A DNA stretch of 64,000 nt, taken from Eledone cirrhosa. Lineage: Eukaryota. Under the pieces are notes generated by a model. The model did not search any database. It was not told where the DNA came from and worked only from the letters and a program-made list of their open reading frames with translations. Positions 54,601 through 64,000 of the stretch are shown here, one piece after another (the stretch's first letter is position 1; each line of letters begins with the position of its first letter). The stretch lies in NCBI GenBank assembly GCA_964016885.1, contig OZ024744.1:12958001-13022000 (forward strand), written 5' to 3'. The position numbers and the translations under genes are program-made.

Positions 54601-57600
54601 AATGTCACTCCAGTTAAAACCACTCTCTAAATTGAAAGATCACAACTCCAATACTATGGACATGGGGTATGAATGTCTCAGTAGATCAGAGAGTCACTCC
54701 AGTTGAAGCTACTCTATAAATTGAGAGATCACAACTCCAATACTATGGACATGGGGTATGAATGTCTCAGTAGATCGGAGTGTTACTCCAGTTAAAGCTA
54801 CTCTCTAAATTGAGAGATCACAACTCCAATACTATGGACATGGGGTTTGAATGTCTCAGTAGACCAGAGTGTCACTCCAGTTAAAGCTACTCTCTAAAAT
54901 GAGGGATCACAACTCCCATAATATGGACATCTGTTTAGAATGTCTCAGTAGATCAGAGAGTCACTCCAGTTAAAGCCACTCTCTAAATTGAGAGATCACA
55001 ACTCCAATACTATGGACATGTGGTTAGAATGTCTCAGTAGATCAGAGAGTCACTTCAGTTAAAGCTACTCTCTAAATTGAGAGATCACAACTCCAATACT
55101 AAGGACATGGGGTTTGAATGTCTCAGTAGATCAGAGAGTCACTCCAGTTAAAGCTACTCTCTAAATTGAGAGATCACAACTCCAATACTATGGACATGGG
55201 GTTTGAATGTCTCAGTAGATCAGAGTGTCACTCCAGTTAAAGCTACTCTCTAAATTGAAAGATCACAACTCCAATACTATGGACATGGGGTTTGAAAGTC
55301 TCCGTAGACCAGAGTGTCACTCCAGTTAAAGCTACTCTCGAAAATGAGAGATCACAACTTCCATACTATGGAAATGTGGTTAGAATGTCTCAGTATATCA
55401 GAGAGTCACTCCAGTTAAAGCTATTCTCTAAATTGAGAGATCACAACTCCCATACTATGGACATGGGGTTTGAATGTCTCAGTAGATCAGAGAGTCACTC
55501 CAGTTAAAGCTACTCTCTGAATTGAGAGATCACAACTCCAATACTATGGACATGGGGTTTGAATGTCTCAGTAGATCAGTGTTTCACTCCAGTTAAAGCT
55601 ACTCTCTAAATTCAGAGATCACAACTCCAATACTATGGACATGGGGTTTGAATGTCTCAGTAGACCAGAGAATCACTCCAGATAAAGCTACCCTCTAAAT
55701 TGAGAGATCCCAACTCCCATACTATGGACATGTGGTTAGAATGTCTCAGTAGATCAGAGAGTCACTCCAGTTAAAGCTGATCTCTAAATTGAGAGATCAC
55801 AACTCCCATACTATGGCCATGTGTTTAGAATGTCTCAGATGATCAGAGTGTCACTCCAGTTAAAACCACTCTCTAAATTGAGAGATCACAACTCCAATAC
55901 TATGGTCATGTGGTTAGAATGTCTCAGTAGATCAGAGAGTTACTGCAGTTAAAGCCACTCTCTAAATTGAGAGATCACAACTCCAATACTATGGACATGT
56001 GGTTAGAATGTCTCAGTAGATCAGAGAGTCACTCCAGTTAAAGCCACTCTCTAAATTGAGAGATCACAACTCCCATACTATGGACATGTGGTTAGAATGT
56101 CTCAGTAGATCAGAGTGTCACTCCAGTTAAAGCCACTCTCTAAATTGAGAGATCACAACTTCCATACTATGGACATGTGGTTAGAACGTTTCAGTAGATC
56201 AGAGGGTCACTCCGGTTAAAGCCACTCTCTAAATTGAGAGATCACAACACCAATACTATGGTCATGTCGTTAGAATGTCTCAGTAGATCAGAGAGTCACT
56301 CCAGTTAAAGCCACTCTCTAAATTGAAAGATCACAACTCCAATACTATGGACATGGTGTTTGAATCTCTCAGTAGATCAGAGTGTCACTCCAGTTAAAGC
56401 TACTCTCTAAATTGAGAGATCACAACTCCAATACTATGAACATGGGGTTTGAATGTCTCAGTAGATCAGAGAGTCACTCCAGTTAAAGCTACTCTATAAA
56501 TTGAGAGATCACAACTCCCATACTATGGACATGTGGGTAGAATGTCTCAGTAGATCAGAGAGTCACTCCAGTTAAAGCCACTCTCTAAATTGAGAGATCA
56601 CAACTCCAATACTATGGACATGTGTTTAGAATGACTCAGTAGATCAGAGAGTCACTCCAGTTAAAGCTACTCTCTAAATTGAGAGATCACAACTCCCATA
56701 CTATGGCCATGTGTTTAGAATGTCTCAGATGATCAGAGTGTCACTCCAGTTAAAACCACTCTCTAAATTGAAAGATCACAACTCCAATACTATGGACATG
56801 GTGTTTGAATCTCTCAGTAGATCAGAGTGTCACTCCAGTTAAAGCTACTCTCTAAATTGAGAGATCACAACTCCAATACTATGAACATGGGGTTTGAATG
56901 TCTCAGTAGATCAGAGAGTCACTCCAGTTGAAGCTACTCTATAAATTGAGAGATCACAACTCCAATACTATGGACATGGGGTATGAATGTCTCAGTAGAT
57001 CGGAGTGTTACTCCAGTTAAAGCTACTCTCTAAATTGAGAGATCACAACTCCAATACTATGGACATGGGGTTTGAATGTCTCAGTAGACCAGAGTGTCAC
57101 TCCAGTTGAAGCTACTCTATAAATTGAGAGATCACAACTCCAATACTATGGACATGGGGTATGAATGTCTCAGTAGATCGGAGTGTTACTCCAGTTAAAG
57201 CTACTCTCTAAATTGAGAGATCACAACTCCAATACTATGGACATGGGGTTTGAATGTCTCAGTAGACCAGAGTGTCACTCCAGTTAAAGCTACTCTCTAA
57301 AATGAGGGATCACAATTCCCATACTATGGACATCTGTTTAGAATGTCTCAGTAGATCAGAGAGTCACTCCAGTTAAAGCCACTCTCTAAATTGAGAGATC
57401 ACAAGTCCAATACTATGGACATGTGGTTAGAATGTCTCAGTAGATCAGAGAGTCACTTCAGTTAAAGCTACTCTCTAAATTGAGAGATCACAACTCCAAT
57501 ACTATGGACATGGGGTTTGAATGTCTCAGTAGATCAGAGAGTCACTCCAGTTAAAGCTACTCTCTAAATTGAGAGATCACAACTCCAATACTATGGACAT

Positions 57601-59630
57601 GGGGTTTGAATGTCTCAGTAGATCAGAGTGTCACTCCAGTTAAAGCTACTCTCTAAATTGAAAGATCACAACTCCAATACTATGGACATGGGGTTTGAAA
57701 GTCTCCGTAGACCAGAGTGTCACTCCAGTTAAAGCTACTCTCGAAAATGAGAGATCACAACTTCCATACTATGGAAATGTGGTTAGAATGTCTCAGTATA
57801 TCAGAGAGTCACTCCAGTTAAAGCTACTCTCTAAATTGAGATAATCACAACTCCCATACTATGGACATGGGGTTTGAATGTCTCAGTAGATCAGAGAGTC
57901 ACTCCAGTTAAAGCTACTCTCTGAATTGAGAGATCACAACTCCAATACTATGGACATGGGGTTTGAATGTCTCAGTAGATCAGTGTTTCACTCCAGTTAA
58001 AGCTACTCTCTAAATTCAGAGATCACAACTCCAATACTATGGACATGGGGTTTGAATGTCTCAGTAGACCAGAGAGTCACTCCAGATAAAGCTACCCTCT
58101 AAATTGAGAGATCCCAACTCCCATACTATGGACATGTGGTTAGAATGTCTCAGTAGATCAGAGAGTCACTCCAGTTAAAGCTACTCTCTAAATTGAGAGA
58201 TCACAACTCCCATACTATGGCCATGTGTTTAGAATGTCTCAGATGATCAGAGTGTCACTCCAGTTAAAACCACTCTCTAAATTGAGAGATCACAACTCCA
58301 ATACTATGGTCATGTGGTTAGAATGTCTCAGTAGATCAGAGAGTTACTCCAGTTAAAGCCACTCTCTAAATTGAGAGATCACAACTCCAATACCATGGAC
58401 ATGTGGTTAGAATGTCTCAGTAGATCAGAGTGTCACTCCAGTTAAAGCCACTCTCTAAATTGAGAGATCACAACTTCCATACTATGGACATGTGGTTAGA
58501 ATGTTTCAGTAGATCAGAGGGTCACTCCGGTTAAAGCCACTCTCTAAATTGAGAGATCACAACTCCAATACTATGGTCATGTCGTTAGAATGTCTCAGTA
58601 GATCAGAGAGTCACTCCAGTTAAAGCCACTCTCTAAATTGAAAGATCACAACTTCAATACTATGGACATGGTGTTTGAATCTCTCAGTAGATCAGAGTGT
58701 CACTCCAGTTAAAGCTACTCTCTAAATTGAGAGATCACAACTCCAATACTATGAACATGGGGTTTGAATGTCTCAGTAGATCAGAGAGTCACTCCAGTTA
58801 AAGCTACTCTATAAATTGAGAGATCACAACTCCCATACTATGGACATGTGGGTAGAATGTCTCAGTAGATCAGAGAGTCACTCCAGTTAAAGCCACTCTC
58901 TAAATTGAGAGATCACAACTCCAATACTATGGACATGTGTTTAGAATGTCTCAGTAGATCAGAGAGTCACTCCAGTTAAAGCTACTCTCTAAATTGAGAG
59001 ATCACAACTCCCATACTATGGCCATGTGTTTAGAATGTCTCAGATGATCAGAGTGTCACTCCAGTTAAAACCACTCTCTAAATTGAAAGATCACAACTCC
59101 AATACTATGGACGTGGTGTTTGAATCTCTCAGTAGATCAGAGTGTCACTCCAGTTAAAGCTACTCTCTAAATTGAGAGATCACAACTCCAATACTATGAA
59201 CATGGGGTTTGAATGTCTCAGTAGATCAGAGAGTCACTCCAGTTGAAGCTACTCTATAAATTGAGAGATCACAATTCCAATACTATGGACATGGGGTATG
59301 AATGTCTCAGTAGATCGGAGTGTTACTCCAGTTAAAGCTACTCTCTAAATTGAGAGATCACAACTCCAATACTATGGACATGGGGTTTGAATGTCTCAGT
59401 AGACCAGAGTGTCACTCCAGTTAAATCTACTCTCTAAAATGAGAGATCACAACTCCCATACTATGGACATCTGGTTAGAATGTCTCAGTAGATCAGAGAG
59501 TCACTCCAGTTAAAGCCACTCTCTAAATTGAGAGATCACAACTCCAATACTATGGACATGTGATTAGAATGTCTCAGTAGATCAGAGAGTCACTCCAGTT
59601 AAAGCTACTCTCTAAATTGAGAGATGACAA
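54600..59630. repeat. HOR domain 4a: two more-diverged copies of a ~26/27-mer
   Basis: GAGGGATC at 54901 and 57304 (2403 bp = 27 monomers). TTGAAAGTCTCCG at 55292 and 57695 (2403 bp). AGAGGGTCACTCCGG at 56201 and 58516 (2315 = 26x89+1). Confidence 0.75.
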
Positions 59631-62600
59631 CTCCAATACTATGGACATGTGGTTTGAACGTCTCAGTAGATCAGTGTGTCACTCCAGTTGAAGCTACTCT
59701 CTAAATTGAGAGATCACAACTCCAATACTATGGACATGGGGTTTGAATGTCTCCGTAGACCAGAGTGTCACTCCAGTTAAAGCTACTCTCGAAAATGAGA
59801 GATCACAACTTCCATACAATGGAAATGTGGTTAGAATGTCTGAGTATATCAGAGAGTCACTCCAGTTAAAGCTACTCTCTAAATTGAGAGATCACAACTC
59901 CAATACTATGGACATGGGGTTTGAATGTCTCAGTAGACCAGAGAGTAACTCCAGATAAAGCTACTCTCTAAATTGAGAGATCCCAACTCCCATACTATGG
60001 ACATGTGGTTAGAATGTCTCAGTAGATCAGAGAGTCACTCCAGTTAAAGCTACTCTCTAAATTGAGAGATCACAACTCCCATACTATGGCCATGTGTTTA
60101 GAATGTCTCAGATGAACAGTTTCACTCCAGTTAAAACCACTCTCTAAATTGAGAGTTCACAACTCCAATACTATGGACATGGGGTTTGAATGTCTCCGTA
60201 GACCAGAGTGTCACTCCAGTTAAAGCTACTCTCGAAAATGAGAGATCACAACTTCCATACTATGGAAATGTGGTTAGAATGTCTGAGTATATCAGAGAGT
60301 CACTCCAGTTAAAGCTACTCTCTAAATTGAGAGATCACAACTCCAATACTATGGACATGGGGTTTGAATGTCTCAGTAGACCAGAGAGTCACTCCAGATA
60401 AAGCTACCCTCTAAATTGAGAGATCCCAACTCCCATACTATGGACATGTGGTTAGAATGTCTCAGTAGATCAGAGAGTCACTCCAGTTAAAGCCACTCTC
60501 TAAATTGAGAGATCACAACTCCAATACTATGGACATGTGGTTAGAATGTCTCAGTAGATCAGAGAGTCACTCCAGTTAAAGCCACTCTCTAAATTGAGAG
60601 ATCACAACTCACATACTATGGACATGTGGTTCGAATTTCTTAGTAGATCAGAGTGTCACTCCAGTTAAAGCCACTCTCTAAACTGAGAGATCACAACTTC
60701 CATACTATGGACATGTGGTTAGAATGTTTCAGTAGATCAGAGAGTCACTCCGGTTAAAGCCACTCTCTAAATTGAGAGATCACAACTCCAATATTATGGT
60801 CATGTCGTTAGAATGTCTCAGTAGATCAGAGAGTCACTCCAGTTAAAGCCACTCTCTAAATTGAAAGATCACAACTCCAATACTATAGACATGGTGTTTG
60901 AATCTCTCAGTAGATCAGAGTGTCACTCCAGTTAAAGCTACTCTCTAAATTGAGAGATCACAACTCCAATACTATGAACATGGGGTTTGAATGTCTCAGT
61001 AGATCAGAGAGTCACTCCAGTTAAAGCTACTCTATAAATTGAGAGATCACAACTCCAATACTATGGACATGGGGTTTGAAAGACTCAGTAGATCAGAGTG
61101 TCACTCCAGTTAAAGCTACTCTCTAAATTGAGAGATTACAACTCCAATACTATGGACATGGGGTTTGAATGTCTCAATAGATCAGAGAGTCACTCCAGTT
61201 AAAGCTACTCTCTAAATTGAGGGATCACAACTCCCATACTATGGACATGTGGTTAGAATTTCTCAGTAGATCAGAGAGTCACTCCAGTTAAAGCTACTCT
61301 CTAAATTGAGAGAAGACAACTCCAATACTATGGACATGGGTTTGAATGTCTCAGTAGACCAGAGTGTCACTCCAGTTAAAGCTACTCTCTAAAATGAGAG
61401 ATCACAACTCCCATACTATGGACATCTGGTTATAATGTCTCAGTGGATCAGAGAGTCACTCCAGTTGAAGCTACTCTCTAAATTGAGAGATCAGAACTCC
61501 CATACTATGGACATGGGGTTTGAATGTCTCAGTAGGTCAGAGAGTCACTCCAGTTAAAGCTACTCTCTAAATTGAGAGATCACAACTCCAATACTATGGA
61601 CATGTGGTTTGAACGTCTCAGTAGATCAGTGTGTCACTCCAGTTGAAGCTACTCTCTAAATTGAGAGATCACAACTCCAATACTATGGACATGGGGTTTG
61701 AATGTCTCCGTAGACCAGAGTGTCACTCCAGTTAAAGCTACTCTCGAAAATGAGAGATCACAACTTCCATAATATGGAAATGTGGTTAGAATGTCTGAGT
61801 ATATCAGAGAGTCACTCCAGTTAAAGCTACTCTCTAAATTGAGAGATCACAACTCCAATACTATGGACATGGGGTTTGAATGTCTCAGTAGACCAGAGAG
61901 TAACTCCAGATAAAGCTACTCTCTAAATTGAGAGATCCCAACTCCCATACTATGGACATGTGGTTAGAATGTCTCAGTAGATCAGAGAGTCACTCCAGTT
62001 AAAGCTACTCTCTAAATTGAGAGATCACAACTCCCATACTATGGCCATGTGTTTAGAATGTCTCAGATGAACAGTGTCACTCCAGTTAAAACCACTCTCT
62101 AAATTGAGAGTTCACAACTCCAATACTATGGACATGGGGTTTGAATGTCTCCGTAGACCAGAGTGTCACTCCAGTTAAAGCTACTCTCGAAAATGAGAGA
62201 TCACAACTTCCATACTATGGAAATGTGGTTAGAATGTCTGAGTATATCAGAGAGTCACTCCAGTTAAAGCTACTCTCTAAATTGAGAGATCACAACTCCA
62301 ATACTATGGACATGGGGTTTGAATGTCTCAGTAGACCAGAGAGTCACTCCAGATAAAGCTACTCTCTAAATTGAGAGATCCCAACTCCCATACTATGGAC
62401 ATGTGGTTAGAATGTCTCAGTAGATCAGAGAGTCACTCCAGTTAAAGCCACTCTCTAAATTGAGAGATCACAACTCCAATACTATGGACATGTGGTTAGA
62501 ATGTCTCAGTAGATCAGAGAGTCACTCCAGTTAAAGCCACTCTCTAAATTGAGAGATCACAACTCACATACTATGGACATGTGGTTAGAATTTCTTAGTA

Positions 62601-63555
62601 GATCAGAGTGTCACTCCAGTTAAAGCCACTCTCTAAACTGAGAGATCACAACTTCCATACTATGGACATGTGGTTAGAATGTTTCAGTAGATCAGAGAGC
62701 CACTCCGGTTAAAGCCACTCTCTAAATTGAGAGATCACAACTCCAATATTATGGTCATGTCGTTAGAATGTCTCAGTAGATCAGAGAGTCACTCCAGTTA
62801 AAGCCACTCTCTAAATTGAAAGATCACAACTCCAATACTATAGACATGGTGTTTGAATCTCTCAGTAGATCAGAGTGTCACTCCAGTTAAAGCTACTCTC
62901 TAAATTGAGAGATCACAACTCCAATACTATGAACATGGGGTTTGAATGTCTCAGTAGATCAGAGAGTCACTCCAGTTAAAGCTACTCTATAAATTGAGAG
63001 ATCACAACTCCAATACTATGGACATGGGGTTTGAAAGACTCAGTAGATCAGAGTGTCACTCCAGTTAAAGCTACTCTCTAAATTGAGAGATTACAACTCC
63101 AATACTATGGACATGGGGTTTGAATGTCTCAATAGATCAGAGAGTCACTCCAGTTAAAGCTACTCTCTAAATTGAGGGATCACAACTCCCATACTATGGA
63201 CATGTGGTTAGAATTTCTCAGTAGATCAGAGAGTCACTCCAGTTAAAGCTACTCTCTAAATTGAGAGAAGACAACTCCAATACTATGGACATGGGTTTGA
63301 ATGTCTCAGTAGACCAGAGTGTCACTCCAGTTAAAGCTACTCTCTAAAATGAGAGATCACAACTCCCATACTATGGACATCTGGTTATAATGTCTCAGTG
63401 GATCAGAGAGTCACTCCAGTTGAAGCTACTCTCTAAATTGAGAGATCAGAACTCCCATACTATGGACATGGGGTTTGAATGTCTCAGTAGGTCAGAGAGT
63501 CACTCCAGTTAAAGCTACTCTCTAAATTGAGAGATCACAACTCCAATACTATGGA
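59630..63555. repeat. HOR domain 4b: tandem duplication of a 22-mer (1955 bp)
   Basis: ATGGACATGTGGTTTGAACG at 59641 and 61596. ORF starts at 60186 and 62141. Both copies share a 2-bp and a 1-bp deletion (22x89-3 = 1955). Confidence 0.9.
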
Positions 63556-64000
63556 CATGGGGTATGAATGTCTCAGTAGATCGGAGTGTCACTCCAGTTA
63601 AAGCTACTCTCTAAATTGAGAGATCACAACTCCAATACTATGGACATGGGGTTTGAATGTCTCAATAGATCAGAGAGTCACTCCAGTTAAAGCTACTCTC
63701 TAAATTGAGAGATCACAACACCATTACTATGGACATGTGGTTAGAATGTCTCAGTAGATTAGAGTGTCCCTCCAGTTAAAGCTACTCTCTAAATTGAGAG
63801 ATCACAACTCCCATACTATGGACATGTGGTTAGAATGTCTCAGTAGATCAGAGAGTCACTCCAGTTAAAGCCACTCTCTAAATTGAGAGATCACAACTCC
63901 AATACTATGGACATGTGGTTAGAATGTCTCAGTAGATCAGAGAGTCACTCCAGGTAAAGCTACTCTCTAAATTGAGAGATCACAACTCCCATACTATGTC

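Larger units (their letters stand above)
1..64000. repeat. Satellite DNA array, 89-bp monomer, ~719 head-to-tail copies, running off both window edges
   Basis: The TACTATGGAC-like motif starts at 1, 90 and 179, then at 6+89n (2231, 3121, 8461, 13801, 24481, 40501, 51181, 57767). Monomers differ from the consensus by only a few substitutions. No inversion or non-satellite interruption seen. Confidence 0.99.

Noticed and set aside
55292-62356. Four near-identical 71-aa ORFs (55292, 59743, 60186, 62141)
   Set aside because: They start at TTG, lie entirely in satellite, and cross about 2.4 monomers of a unit not divisible by 3. They are open only because variants remove stops (TAA>GAA, TAG>TAT). 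The paralogous copies at ~57695 (frameshift) and ~61698 (TAC>TAA) are broken. No recognisable domain.
1-64000. CRISPR array or other repeat-spacer system
   Set aside because: There are no unique spacers. The entire 89 bp is repeated with only point variants, and there are no cas genes or leader.
1-64000. Tandem tRNA, 5S, snRNA or spliced-leader gene cluster
   Set aside because: The length is tRNA-like, but I see no cloverleaf, no B-box (GTTCRANNC) in the consensus, no Pol III poly-T terminator and no spacer. A tRNAscan-SE/Infernal run would settle it.
1-64000. Strict 178-bp A/B dimer repeat
   Set aside because: The major polymorphisms (GAGA/GAGT, GGGG/GTGG) do not alternate regularly, and many HOR periods are odd numbers of monomers.
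1-64000. Embedded transposon, inversion or unique insert
   Set aside because: The register arithmetic accounts for the array from end to end with seven small indels, and no reverse-orientation monomers were seen.

Overview
The whole 64-kb window is one head-to-tail tandem array of an 89-bp monomer (about 719 copies, all in the same orientation, about 40% GC). Consensus: TACTATGGACATG(GGGTTT/TGGTTA)GAATGTCTCAGTAGATCAGAG(A/T)GTCACTCCAGTTAAAGC(T/C)ACTCTCTAAATTGAGAGATCACAACTCC(A/C)A. This looks like eukaryotic satellite DNA, possibly (peri)centromeric, but I cannot name the organism or repeat family from the sequence. I see no gene, RNA gene, transposon, CRISPR array or unique sequence, and the four 71-aa ORFs are by-products of monomer variants. 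The informative structure is in the variants. Diagnostic SNPs recur at exact multiples of 89 bp and define successive higher-order repeat (HOR) domains: a ~41-mer, a ~38/39-mer with 24-, 35- and 9-mer derivatives, a 40-mer with a mappable 17-monomer deletion, and distal 26/27-mer and 22-mer units. There is also a 57-kb stretch with no net indel, a relic island at ~13 kb related to the distal domain, and several short dyads per monomer. I found no credible new gene-based system. HOR periods were measured by hand from marker spacings, and domain edges are approximate.
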